From Hormiphora californensis (lineage: Eukaryota; Animalia; Ctenophora), in contig CM035354.1 of assembly GCA_020137815.1 (NCBI GenBank), positions 8,680,001 through 8,744,000 on the forward strand: DNA of 64,000 nt. Direction: 5' to 3'. Made by a program: the position numbers and the translations under genes. The notes below the pieces were generated by a model. That model was not told the origin of the DNA, did not search any database, and saw nothing but the letters and a program-made list of their open reading frames with translations. Numbering within the stretch: position 1 is the first letter of the stretch; each line of letters opens with the position of its first letter. This document shows positions 24,185-36,902 of this stretch, piece by piece.

Positions 24185-24499
24185 ACCCACCGGGTGCGCC
24201 TCAAGTAAGGGCTGTTGACAACCCACCCGGCTTCGCCGGGTGGTTCTCTGGGGCGCTCTTTATTAATATACTTAACGCCAAAATTATGGTTGACATGGCA
24301 ACTGAAACGGTAACTATGGGGACTGAACCCGGACTGAATTGTTAAAATTCATCCGAAAGTATTCACAATCTCCCAAAAGTGTGAATGACAGCTTTACAGC
24401 TTTGGTCACATTTGAGTGTTTTATGAAGGAGCAGTCTGTCGCTTAGATACCGCTGAACGAACGGCCACTTCAACGTTCATCTCCAAATTATAATAGAGA
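24185..24499 (-). mobile_element. Non-autonomous Helitron; its 3' CTAG end is displaced to 20809-20823
   Basis: 5' TCTCTATTATAATTTGGAGATGAA on minus strand; same family as 36903 and 45974. Confidence 0.75.
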
Positions 24500-25852
24500 T
24501 TCACTGGCACATCTCTCGAGGTGTCCTTTATCCATACTAAGTCAATTTCACCGTCTTTGAAATTTTTGGCTAACAGAGCAACTTACAAAAAAGTTCGGGT
24601 ATTTATGTGTTTGGGGTATACTAACCTGCGCGCCACCGCCACACGTATTTTGATTGGGTTGTTAGCACTCATGCGGCGCAAGTAATAAGTTAACCCTTGC
24701 GCGGCTCTCACACGTATTTTGATACAAACATACCCGACTATGCTATTATGGTTAACTAACCCGGGTACCTTTTGTAAGTTGGTCCCTAATTCGGTCACAG
24801 TTGTCCAAATTCACCAAAAATTTTAAAAACGGTGAAATTGACTCGGTATGGATAAAGGACACCTCGAGAGATGTACCAGTTAATAAGTTAGCATCTTACA
24901 AATGATTTCTCAGCCGAAAATGGGTTTTCACGCAACTTCGAACTTTTCCGCAAAACTTCGAAATTCGAACTTCAGTGTGTGCCGCGAGGTTGAGATTTGA
25001 ACAAGTGCGCTCAACTTCAGTGTGTCTCTCCCCCTACGGCAAAATTAAAATTTTATTTTAAACCCAGGCCAGATGCACCAGCGGTGTTAAAAATTATCTC
25101 CCCTATTATCACAGTCACAATCTCGCGCACCAATTTGTCATCCAACGCGAAATTTTGTCATCCAACGCGACATTTTAACAGTGTCAAAATGACGCACGAG
25201 ATTGTTACTGTGAAAATAGGGGGGAGAATTTTTAACAGCCGTCGGGTTGCCGCTGGGTTTTAAAATTTTATTTTTATTTTGCGGTGCGTGCATGCTGGGT
25301 ATGTTATACTAGGTGGCAGCTCCCTCCTGTTGACTTTTTCAGAGTCTGTCATACACATTTCCACCTGGAAATCCCCTGCTCGTATTTTATGTCTGTCTGA
25401 CTCCCCTCACCCCCTATTGACTCCCCTCACCCCCTATTGACTCCCCTCACCCCTACTGGCTACTGACTCCTCCTATCCCATATTGAATCCTTTCCCTCTT
25501 GCTAACTCCCCTCATTCCTATTGAATCCCCTTAGCCCTATTGACTCTTCAGTCCTCTCACCCCCTACTGACTCCCCCACCCATTAACGCATTTCACCCTG
25601 GCCCTCTATGTTGGATCATCCCACCCCTATCGACTCCCTATTGACTCCTCTCACGCTCTATTGACTCCTCTCATCCCAATTGACTCACGCCAAAGTGAAT
25701 TATATACTCCTCCACATTTTTATAGTCCACTATAGCACTAGAGTCCGCAGTGGATTACGGGGTCCCGAACGAATATCCCGTACCAACTGCCCGGGCCCAT
25801 GCCACACAATTCTGCTCTCAAAAAACACACACATAAAAAGCAAATGTGACGA

Positions 25853-26230
25853 TTTTTCCCGCCAGGTGAATGCCGAAGGCATTCACCCCGATGTCTTTTG
25901 TAAAAAGGCATAGGGGTTTAGAATTCGACAATTTTATTTTACATACTAGTGAAGTGTCACGCTTTTTTTGTAACGTAACCCGCTCAGTTGCGAGGGACAA
26001 CGATGTTGCTCCTTCATCAAATACTTCAATGGCACGTTTTCAGGAAATGTGAGCAGCGCAATGTGGCGCGCAATTTAGTGCTACTAAAACACAATGATTT
26101 GTTCTATACGGTTTGACTGATTCATACATGATCGGAAATGCCTGTCCCGCCTTCCCATTAGATGGTTATGAAAATAAAGGTTGGCGGGGAAACATAGCAT
26201 ATTATGAAACATAATGCAGTTATCCTTGTT
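25853..26230 (+). mobile_element. HINE/DINE-like element
   Basis: Same termini; similar to 43154-43531. Confidence 0.72.
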
Positions 26231-26777
26231 CACTTTTTGGCTTAGGAACCGGAGATGTCATCAGTTATGTAAATAAACCTCTTCTAATTTTGACGCCGCA
26301 CACACCAGCGGCCGTTAAAATTTCTCTCCCCTACTCTATGAGTAACATTTCACTAACAATCTCGCGCACTATTTTAACGGTCACGTAAGATGACGAAATC
26401 ATTTTATCATCCAACGTGACCGTTAAAATCGCGCATGAGATTGTTACTTTTAGAATGAGGGAGAGAAATTTTAAGGCGTCAAAATTAAAATTTTAATTTT
26501 AATTTTAACTTTGGTTTGTGCTGACCCTAAGTGCACCTGGTTATTCACACAATTGATCATATCTCCGGTTCCTGATAAGCTACAGAAATCGTTTTGTATA
26601 AGTATAATGGTGTGTGGCGTGCACGCGCCGCAGTTTTTTGTGCGTGCCACGTGCAAAAGAGATATACGGGCGTCGGGTACGGGCAGTTGGTACGGGATAT
26701 TCTGACTTACAACGATTGAATTGGTTATATTTATGACCCTAGCTCTACAGGTGCTATAACCCTTTATACCTCGCTAG

Positions 26778-26938
26778 GGAACGGATAACACATACACCAC
26801 AACTGTAACTATTTACAACATCACAGCCCATGACTTTACTGAGTACACCTGTGCGTTTGATGTTTCAATGACAACCACACTTACCAGTTATGAAATGTCT
26901 CTCAAGGAGGTGGAGATGTATTCTATTTCTCAGTCAAG
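26778..26938 (+). CDS. Exon 21: second half of Ig 13 (not in ORF track)
   Basis: GTDNTYTTTVTIYNITAHDFTEYTC; phase 0-2. Confidence 0.85.
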
Positions 26939-27048
26939 GTAATGAAACAGAAAACATAGTCATATTAGGGTACTCTAGTTTAATATTTGCATATTGGACA
27001 TTGCCACTCGTGTACATGTGTAGTAAATACGTTTTATCTCATTCTCAG

Positions 27049-27173
27049 ATATGTAAGTTCGGGAGAGGCTGTTACATTAACTTGTGCTGCCACGCTGGTC
27101 GCTAGCTCAAGCGTTACTGTAACTTGGAGAAAAGATGGGCAAGAAATTTCTGGCGCAGTTTCGGGAGTTTCAG
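27049..27173 (+). CDS. Exon 22: first half of Ig 14
   Basis: GEAVTLTC...TWRKDG; G|GTAAAT. Confidence 0.9.
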
Positions 27174-27321
27174 GTAAATAAGATAGCGTGAGTACATATT
27201 AGTATAAATATATAGTATAAATCATAGTGGGTTGTGTATGCCCCCCCCCCCTCCCGCTATAAAAAGCAAGGATGTTTTTGCCGCTAAAGCTTATAATCAA
27301 TAAATCCTTGCTAATATGTAT

Positions 27322-27648
27322 ATTAAGCCAAAAACTAATTGAAATTAGTTGGCGGGAAAGGTGACCCACTTACACCTTTTGCTACTGCCGGGTATCACCA
27401 CGAACTCTCATTCTATCCCTCGGTATCTCAATCTCTTATTTTTCGAGGGTAACTTATTCCTGTTCGTTCTATCACTCTCTCTCTCCTCCCTGTCTCCCTG
27501 TCCCTGTCTCTCTCTCTCACTCTATCACACTCTCGTTCACTGTCTTATTCCATTATATTCACCTCTTATATCCCTGATCCCGGCAGCAGGCAAAGGTGTA
27601 AGTGGGTCACCTTTCCCGCCAACTAATTTCAATTAGTTTTTGGCTTAA
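27322..27648. mobile_element. MITE bounded by TTAA
   Basis: About 70-bp inverted arms GCCAAAAACTAATTGAAATTAG. Confidence 0.7.
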
Positions 27649-27659
27649 TTTAGGTCATT

Positions 27660-29540
27660 TGTCCTTAATGTCCTTCCCTGTCCTTTACTGTCCTTAATGT
27701 CCTTCCCTGTCCTTAGTGTCCTTTACTGTCCCTACTGTCCCTTACTGTCCTTCCCTGTCCTTTACTGTCCTTAATGTCCTTCCCTGTCCTTAATGTCCTT
27801 TACTGTCCCTACTGTCCCTTACTGTCCTTCCCTGTCCGTAATGTCCTTCCCTGTCCTTTACTGTCCTTAATGTCCTTCCCTGTCCTTTACTGTCCTTCCC
27901 TGTCCTTAATGTCCTTTACTGTCCTTTACTGTCCTAATGTCCTTCCCTGTCCCTAATGTCCTTAAGGGTACACCTCGGCAAATTGTTTGTCGAGTGCCCG
28001 CTTAGCTCTCCATATGGGGTTGTAGGGCATACCAAACCGACCTCAAATATGCAATTTTAGCCCTTAACTCGAATTCATATTTTTGCTACAGCCCCTCAAA
28101 GTTTGACCCTAAAAACCGGTTTTTAAGGTCCCTAATTTTTATTTTTAGGGCTAGAAAGCTGAAAATTTAGGGATTCATAGAGGATACCAAGGTGTATAGC
28201 TCAAACAGAAATTTTTTGAAATGGAGCTCAATTTTTTGTCTGAGACTATTTTACTTTTTTTTACTTTGAGGCCATATTCGGACATGTTCCTATGGACCGT
28301 TAAGGCTAAAAATTGGATATTTGGTGCTCCTAACAATTGTCAAAGTAGCCACAAATTTTCAGGAGTTCCGAATTTGAAATGTGGCCTACAGGTTTCTTTT
28401 TGTAAAGCACATATTTTAGAAAAACTTAAAATGGCTATATCTCAAAAACGGTAGGTCCTAGCGATCTAATTTCGTGCTAAATCGACTCAGCGGGCCCGAT
28501 TTGGGGGGGGGGGGGTGTCTCCTAGACATTTTGCTCTAAGTCTAACCGTTTTTTTTCAGAAATCGTATTTAAAGTTTAGCAGAAATAGGTAAGATTAGCT
28601 CTAGCTAGAAGCATTTCTGCTAAACATGTACAAACCTTAAAATATGATTTCTGAAAAACGGTTAGACTTAGAGCAAAATGTCTAAGAGACGACCCCCCCC
28701 CCCCCCCCCCAATCGGACCCGCTGAGTCGATTTAGCACGAAATTAGATCGCTAGGACCTACCGTTTTGAGATATAGCCATTTTAAGTTTTTCTAAAATAT
28801 GTGCTTTACAAAAAGAAACCTGTAGGCCACATTTCAAATTCGGACCTCCTGAAAATTTGTGGCTACTTTGACGATTGTAAGGAGCACCAAATATCCAATT
28901 TTTAGCCTTAACGGTCCATAGGAACATGTCCGAATATGGCCTCAAAGTCAAAAAAAGTAAAATAGTCTCAGACAAAAAATTGAGCTCCATTTCAAAAAAT
29001 TTCTGTTTGAGCTATACACCTTGGTATCCTCTATGAATCCCTAAATTTTCAGCTTTCTAGCCCTAAAAATAAAAATTAGGGACCTTAAAACCGGTTTTTA
29101 GGGTCAAACTTTGAGGGGCTGTAGCAAAAATATGAATTCGAGTTAAGGGCTAAAATTGCATATTTGAGGTCGGTTTGGTATGCCCTACAACCCCATATGG
29201 AGAGCTAAGCGGGCACTCGACAAAAATTTTGCCGAGGTGTACCCTTAATGTCCTTCCCTGTCCTTAACTGTCCTTAACTGTCCTTCCCTGTCCCTATGAA
29301 ATGGTTTGGAGTCGAAGGAACACACAGTAGATTTGGGGGCGTTAAAGCACTTTCGATATTAAATCATCATCAGTAACATCCCTACAACGATAAATGTTAG
29401 AAAACACACGATAAAACTAAAACGACGCGAAAAAAAATTATATATAGAAAAAATGAAACAGGCCCTGTCCCTAATGTCCTTCCCTGTCCCTAATGTCCTT
29501 AATGTCCTTCCCTGTCCTTCCCTGTCCTTTAGTGTCCTTC
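27660..29540. repeat. TGTCCTT-rich minisatellite, interrupted by a TTAA element
   Basis: Seen at 27660-27965, 29245-29295 and 29465-29540. Confidence 0.85.
27966..29244. mobile_element. 1.28-kb near-perfect foldback element with TTAA TSD and GG termini (Kolobok-like)
   Basis: TTAA|GGGTACACCTCGGC...GCCGAGGTGTACCC|TTAA; about 600-bp arms. Confidence 0.85.
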
Positions 29541-30228
29541 CCTGTCCTTAACTGTCCCTAGCTGTGTTAATTGCCTTCAAGAAGATTCAAGAATTAAAAA
29601 TCGACAAAGTTAGGTAAAAATGACCGTTGGGGGTGAAATATCGTTACTCGCTGATAGTGCTACCAGAGCTGTAACGAACCTGATAAAGAAAACTACGGAA
29701 CTGAGAAAACTACGGAACTGTTGTTCACTATAGCCGTTAGGGCCGTTATTTGGGTTCGAGGTTAGGGTTAGTGTTAGGGTTAGGTTTTGGGTTGGTTTAG
29801 GATTTTAGACATAGAGTCCGGGTTGGGGGATTTGGCGCCAAAATGTACTAGAGGACTCTATATACACAGGGCGGACTCTTTATCTAAAAAGTCTACACAG
29901 GGAGGACTCTTTATCTAAACTTTTTTCAAAATCTAACTGTAGATAAAAAGTCCGTTTTTAGATATAGAGTCCGCCTTGGATTTAGATAAAGAGTCCGTTA
30001 GCACTAGAGTCCGCCCACCGCAATACACATAGTCCCAATCCCCCGATAAAAATTTATAGAAATACGACTCTCGCAAAATTACACGTTATCACACATTCAG
30101 TTCTAACTCGATTGGTACTCTAATCTGATTCACCCAACTAACCAACTCACTAAGCACTCGGTAACCCTTCCTGTTCAGATGAACCCCCGACCCCGTCTCT
30201 GCAGAATAGCCGATAGCTAAAGTTGTAA

Positions 30229-30518
30229 GGGGAAACTCTAACTGAATGGCATCCCATTAATGGGATCCCATCAACAGTAAAACTCTAACTGATAATGGAC
30301 CGCAGTGATGGTTCTTTCTCTGTATTCTCTCTGTAGGCAGTACATCTATGTACTGCCTACAGAGAGAATACAGAGAAAGAACTATAGGGCATGCCCGGGC
30401 ACGGGCGCGCACACAGAGAGAATACAGAGAAAGAACCATCACTGTGGTCCATTATCAGTTAGAGTTTTACTGTTGATGGGATCCCATTAATGGGATGCCA
30501 TTCAATTAGAGTTTCCCC
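30229..30518. mobile_element. PIF/Harbinger (Tourist-like) MITE with TAA TSD
   Basis: TAA|GGGGAAACTCTAA...TTAGAGTTTCCCC|TAA. Confidence 0.85.
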
Positions 30519-30609
30519 TAAGACTTGTCTAGAAATTGACTAGTCTAGAACAATATATCACACTTTAACTCAGCAGTTCCCAAAACAACTTCCATTTTCT
30601 GTTTTCTAG

Positions 30610-30738
30610 GCTCTGAGTACCGGACGACATACACTATTGTGAGTATGAACGCAACATACGCTGGCGATTATTTGTGTGATCTGAATTACGGGGACATTGG
30701 AACACTAACATCAGATACGATGTCTCTCAGCATTGACG
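30610..30738 (+). CDS. Exon 23: second half of Ig 14
   Basis: YTIVSMNATYAGDYLC; phase 1-1. Confidence 0.85.
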
Positions 30739-30810
30739 GTTCGTCATACTTTGCAAGATAACATGGAGTATAGAAATGTATCAAAAGGTTAACACTTGTT
30801 CTATGTTTAG

Positions 30811-30932
30811 CGTTCATTACACACCCCGAGACTGGTAGCTATTACTCTGGAAATAGTTTAACTCTAAGCTGTTCTATTGCTGCCAATACTGACATCTCTT
30901 GGACAAAAGACGGAGTCTCTCTTGCCGACACG
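30811..30932 (+). CDS. Exon 24: first half of Ig 15
   Basis: FITHPE...LTLSC...SWTKDG. Confidence 0.88.
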
Positions 30933-31049
30933 GTAATTACCTACCCTTTATGTACTAAACTACAGGTCTCAGTATGAGACCCGCAAATCTGGGATTTATC
31001 TGGCTCTGTTAAATATGTATTACTTGTGTAACCCCCTGATTCCGATTAG

Positions 31050-31194
31050 AGATTTGTATCATCTGCTTCATCACTCTCAACGTCAACCCTGGAAATCAGC
31101 TACATCTCAAGCAGTGATGCAGGGACATACATTTGCCAGTCTGAAGTTAACGGCGAAACTATATCTTCTTCTAGCGCCACTATCAGTGTCATCG
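31050..31194 (+). CDS. Exon 25: second half of Ig 15
   Basis: STLEISYISSSDAGTYIC; G|GTGAGT. Confidence 0.88.
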
Positions 31195-31332
31195 GTGAGT
31201 AGTCCAGAAAGAAAGAGAAAGAGAGAGAGAGAGATTATTCTGTAGTTCTGCCTATCATTGCACTAATAATGAAATTCCCCCTCTGCGCTAGCTCACGGAT
31301 ATATGCAATAATAGGGGTGACTTCGTAACCAA

Positions 31333-31710
31333 CCTATCATTGCACTAGTCACACCTAGTTCATTCTGCAGTTATCCTGCCTATCATTGCACTAGTCACAC
31401 CTAGTTCATTTTGCAGTTATCCTGCCTATCATAGCACTAGTCACACCTAGTTAATTCTGCAGTTATCCTGCCTATCAATACACTAGTCACACCTAGTTCA
31501 CTCTGCAGTTATCCTGCCTATCAATGTACTAGTCACACCCAGATCATTCTGCAGTTATCCTGCCTATCATTGCACTAATAACCCCAAGTTCATTCTGCAG
31601 TTATCCTGCCTATCACTGCACTAGTAACACCCAGTACATTGTCCAGTTATCCTGCCTATCATTGCACTTACACACACCTAGTCACACCTAGTTCGCTCTG
31701 CAATTATCCT
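31333..31710. repeat. About 46-bp minisatellite
   Basis: CCTATCATTGCACTAGTCACACCTAGTTCATTCTGCAGTTATCCTG, about 8 copies. Confidence 0.9.
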
Positions 31711-32122
31711 CTCCCCCACCTTCTCCCTATCCCCCGCCCTCTCCCTATCCTCCCCTCTCGCTCACCCCCACCCTTTCCCACTTCCCAATCCTCCCCTCTC
31801 CCGAATCCCCGCCCTGAACCTATCTCACCCCATCAAATCCTAAAGACAATCTCGTCATGAGCTTGAGAGTAAGATGACTGGATCGCCCAGAGTCGCCCAT
31901 ACTCTAATAGAATGAGCACTCTCTGGTGGACCTGTTCATGACGACAGACATATGACAAAGCGACAGACATATGCACAAGACTACCTCGTTTCCCTAATTG
32001 GACACTTTCGAGACTAGTTGTAAGGGGTATCCGGGTTATGCCGTTGCTACCCGGGTGGTAGAGGACTTGGTACACCCTAGCTTAGTGCCCCAAAAAAAGA
32101 GAAAGAGAGAGAGAGAAAAAGA

Positions 32123-32186
<64 letters not shown>

Positions 32187-32228
32187 CTCCTGTTGTTGAA
32201 TTGTATGTTACAATCTTGTCATCTTCAG

Positions 32229-32389
32229 CATTTGAGACGGATCCAGTATCCCTTACTAAAGTTGTTGTGGGGAACTCCGCCACCCTGAGTTGCTCTGTCA
32301 GTGTCACTGGTTTAACGATAACATGGGAGAAGGGTGGTGTTTCTTACACCGGGACAAGCCCCACTGACACATCGACCTCTAGTGTTGTG
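32229..32389 (+). CDS. Exon 26: first half of Ig 16
   Basis: GNSATLSC...TWEKGG; GTG|GTGAGT. Confidence 0.9.
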
Positions 32390-32457
32390 GTGAGTTACAA
32401 ACCACTTCTTACTTATCTTTCACTGCTGTATAAATAACACACCTTTTCTCCCTTTAG

Positions 32458-33923
32458 TCATCGGAGCTACGGTTTCCTGTAACAGCTGCTACGGATCTTG
32501 GCATCTACAGATGTAAGACGACAGTTAGCGGTTCAGCTATGTACTCTGAGCAGGCTGCTCTCATGGTCCTCTTCCTGAGCATGCCAGTGGCGGTGGGTGG
32601 TGCCTCAGGGGACACTGTCACTCTTACAGCAACTATACCTAGCGATGTGGAGGTTGATATAGAGTGGATAAGAGATAACGGTACTGAGCTGGTAGATGGC
32701 GGCGATTACACGATCCTATCAGAGTTTCCTGTGACAGTGACTCCTGACACAGGATTCCAATACACAAGATCTACACTTGAAATTGATTATTTCAGCAGCG
32801 ATAAGGCAGACACCTTCACCACCACCGCAAACTTAACTTATAATGGGAATGAGCTAACCGTGGAAAATACTGTGGGTACTAAAGCTGTTTACCTAGAGTT
32901 GGAACTTGTTGGAGACTTTGCAGAGATTGGAGATCCTATAACCCTCTACTGTCTGTACCTTGGTTCAGACACCATTGCTTCATTCACATTTGAAAAAGAA
33001 ACTAGCAGTAGTAGTTGGGTTGAGGTGACTACAGGTACCCAGTCCACCATGACTAATCTCACCCGGTTCCCTGATGCTACTGCCGCTGCCTCACTCACCA
33101 TCTCATCTTTGGTAGCGGAGGACGTTGGCAACTACAGATGCCAGACAGAGGATAGCACGGGAATTACTACACAATCTCTCCCGGCTGCTGTATACAGTGT
33201 AGCAAGTGCAGTTGAACAGACGAAACTGTTGGTTGACGGCACGGCCCTTCTCACTGCTACATTCACATCTCCCTATCGGCCCACTGGGTATTCCTTATAC
33301 ACTCAGAGTGAGAGCAGTATCTGGAGCGAGAGCAGTACCATTAGTGTTATATCCGTTACAGAATCACCTACTACACTCGATGGTGTGGATAGCACTGTTT
33401 ACTCCGTACAAGTTGCCATCACTGGGGATGGCCGCGACCAGCTAATTTATCTACAGGCAATGATCGAGAAAAAGTATATTCAATCTCCGTTTGTGGAAAT
33501 CCTTTATGCTACAGTATACTTAGACACCCCAGCTCGAGTTGTGTTATATCCGGGTCAGGCATTTTCTCTTAACTGTTGGTATTCTTCCAACACTATGGCT
33601 ATAGTTAGCGTCACCCCTAGCGACTCCCTGGAAACCGTGCAGTCTACCACAGACCATGATCTAAAGTACATTACCATGATATACGGTGATGGGGCTAGTG
33701 ATGCTGACTATACCTGCCAGTTAGAGATCGACACCCTTACACTCGCCCGTAGTGTTACTGTGGTCAGAAACTCTGCTTTCACTCATGATGAAATTACAGC
33801 CAACATTGTAGAGGGCTCAGAGGAAAACTTAGAATGCTCCACTCAAGGAATAGAAATAACCTCACCCTACAACATTGAATGGACCGCTGAATCCTTTTTG
33901 GGTTTAATAGAAGAAACTAAAAG
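32458..33923 (+). CDS. Exon 27: large 1466-nt exon, end of Ig 16 to first half of Ig 21
   Basis: Extends the 462-aa ORF upstream (DLGIYRC); EDVGNYRC, DADYTC; AG|GTAATT. Confidence 0.93.
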
Positions 33924-34035
33924 GTAATTAGCACTTACAGGTTTACTTATTTTGTTTATTTACTGTTATTTACTGAACGCTGTATAGTGACCGTATTTGT
34001 GCTATCATTTTGAAAATGACATCCTCCTTTCTCAG

Positions 34036-34178
34036 TTGGATTGCTATAGATGGAAGCCTTCACAGTTTGGTGACGGTGTCCACTCCCGGGGTGTACATAT
34101 GCAAAGTCGTTATACTCAAAACTTCGTACTCTTCAGAGATTGACTTTGAACTAACGCGATATACAGTAGACCTACTGG
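34036..34178 (+). CDS. Exon 28: second half of Ig 21
   Basis: SLVTVSTPGVYICKV; G|GTAAGT. Confidence 0.87.
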
Positions 34179-35482
34179 GTAAGTAAGAAATACAGCTTCA
34201 CTAAAATACTTTATAAAAGTTCACTCGTTGCCAAAAGTGAAGAAAAGGGCTTCGACGTTGACGCTCAGTTTAAAGCTAATCCCACGTCCGATCCCACGTC
34301 GGATTATTTCGGATGACCACTGTCATATAACAGTAGCCGGTAATTGTTCAAACTCTAACCGGCAGTTAGAGTAGAATTCGCGTTCTAAACGAGTATCTAC
34401 CTACTATAGGAGGCAGTTATAACTGCCTCCTATTATAGTAGGTGAATACGAGATTTTGTCTCGTCTAGAAAGACTCTCAGTATAGAGAAGTCTTGAGTCG
34501 CAGTTAGGCAGGATTACCTTCAACTCTGGCAGTAGGACTCTATGTTTACCAACTCTGGCTCTGATTTACAGATAGATAAATAGATAGATCATATCTATCT
34601 ATCTTGGTAATGAAATTCCCCCTCTGCGCTAGCTCACGGAGGGGTAATAATATCGCTTGTACGGCGGGAGAAATATTCCTGTGTCCAAACTACAAAACAG
34701 AAAGTTCTAATTTTTTGAACATACCGAGGAAATTGTCTGAGCTACCATTACATACCGGAATTTTTCGATATTTTGGCCATTAACACTGTTTTTGTTTTTG
34801 GAAAACTATGAAGATGCTGGAATTTGGCTACAAAAAGCTTCAGAAATGTGCAAAATGCCATTCCAAAGGTATTAGAGGTGGATTCATTGATAACTAAGCT
34901 ATAGTCGAGTCAGAATAAATTCCACAAGATTGGAATTTTATGCCCATATAAGGAGTTATGCGACACACCTCTGTTGTTAAATTTGCCACATTGATGCCTG
35001 AGTGAGATCGAGGTCGCGCAGCGACCGAGATCGATCTCACATCTATTCGCGGAGCGAGAATAGCGAGAATAGGATGCGATGGATCCAATGTTGTTAAACA
35101 TGTGGTGGAATCGCTACCGGTCGTTACTTTCTGTAGAATTCAGGTCCTGGTTACTACACAAACTAGTACCATACGTTTTAGATAGGTTTTAGACAAGTTT
35201 TCGATAACTCATGAGAAGGTCCTGTAAATTGTCATTTTTAGGTAGGCGGTATTGTAACCCCTATATGCAATAATAGGGGTGACTTCGTAACCAACTATCT
35301 ATCAGGGTCATAGAGAAGTCAGAAACTAACTAAGAGGAAATTGAGACCTGTAGAAATAGTAATACATTGATAATTGGTTTCCCGTTAGGGATTCCATGAA
35401 ACGTGTGTTGCGTCCTAAATACAGCTGTATTATTTGGTTGTAATACATTGATTCTATATTCTAAGTCGTACCTCCCATTTAG

Positions 35483-35737
35483 ATCCCACCGTCGTGTTTG
35501 ACATGAGACAACCTACCCTCGCTATGGAAGGTGATTCATTGACAGTGTCCTGCTCATCACCAACAAGCAATGTTTCACTGATAAATGTACAAACCGGATC
35601 TACTTATTCTAGTACCTTGTCTGAAGATGGTCGAGAACTGAACTACATTATCACATCAGCTAGTGTGTCTTCTAAAACCATCTATCGGTGTGAAACTAGC
35701 GATGGTGATAGTGCTGTGGGATACCTATATGTTTTGA
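35483..35737 (+). CDS. Exon 29: Ig 22
   Basis: EGDSLTVSC...IYRC; A|GTAAGT. Confidence 0.88.
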
Positions 35738-36902
35738 GTAAGTCCACTGAAAACATTTTAAAGTTTAATGTGCCTTATAGGGATCCCTCATATGAACTAT
35801 GAAGGTTTGTAGCGCGGCGCGTTATCAAGTTGGCTGTCGCCAGCGCGAGCTGGCGATAGCCAACTGGAGTTTAATTAAACGATTGGCTCATAAATCAGGA
35901 ATCATTGGTCGCATTGGAAAGATACAGTTTTTCTCTTTCTAACGTAGGCAAGATCAAGTCTTTATCTTATCAGGAGCCAGAGACATGATAGAAACAAGCG
36001 GCAAAAAACTTTCTCACGGTGCATGGCTAAGTGGGTCGGAATGTTGAGAGGTGCTAAACACACACACACACACACACACACGGGCATGGCAAAACCATTT
36101 CGCGCGCAAGCGGTTCAATTTATTAAAAATTTGACTTTATGAGCCAAAACGTGAAAAGTCGATCTTGAAAAACTTTTTTATTTATTTCTTGCGTGTTTTT
36201 TGAAAAACGAAATTGGTGTCTCCCACTAATAGTGGGAGACACTAGCGTGGTACGCGCAAAAAAATGCGCGCCACAAACCTAAAATAACAGGTGTGTGGCG
36301 CGCATTTTTTTGCGCGTACCACGCTAGTGTCTCCCACTATAAAGTTCGTTTCAAGCGACTTGACCCGTAATTCTTGGAATTTGGCGCATTGCGCGTGTAT
36401 TTAAAAGTCCTCCCAAACTATTATGTCCCTTGCTGCGCGCGACCGGATTTTAGACAGCCATAGCTCCACTCCTTGATGAGATAGAGACTTGAAATTCGAG
36501 TTCTTCCTACAAAACAAATTTCAAGTCTTTATCTCATCAGGGAGTGGAATTATGACCGTGGGAAATTTCACAAAACCCGAGTGAGGGACATAGTAGTTTG
36601 GGGAGTACTTAACAAAGGGGAAATCCTGAATTTCTAGGAATCTCAGGTCAAGTCGTTTGAAACGCACTTTAAAGTGCTTTTCAAACGACTTGACCTGAGA
36701 GTCCCGGAAATTTAGGATTTCCCCTTTGTAAATACACACGCAATGCACCAAATTCCAAGAATTACGGGTCAAGTCGCTTGAAACGGACTTTAACATGGGT
36801 GGAGACACAATGAATTCGGGCGCGCTCGTTCAAATCTCAAACACGTGATACGTACTGGTACATACTGAAATTCGAAGTTTCGCAGAAATTTGAAATCAAC
36901 CA

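Larger units (their letters stand above)
20470..25035. mobile_element. TIR element (GGAGACACACTGAAGTT termini) expanded by nested Helitron and hAT-like insertions
   Basis: 20470-20555 is the inverse of 24945-25035; second family member at 36796-42268. Confidence 0.65.

Noticed and set aside
28221-28990. Paired near-identical ORFs on opposite strands (also 7349-7951, 16840-17142, 30257-30490, 43754-44032)
   Set aside because: Mirror images produced by palindromic elements; no protein motifs.
31333-31710. CRISPR-like array (also 22625-22845 and 38365-38530)
   Set aside because: Contiguous minisatellite units without unique spacers, no cas genes, eukaryotic intron context.
1470-35737. Dscam-like mutually exclusive Ig exon arrays
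   Set aside because: Exons are non-redundant half-domains that concatenate in phase; no clusters of interchangeable paralogous exons were seen.
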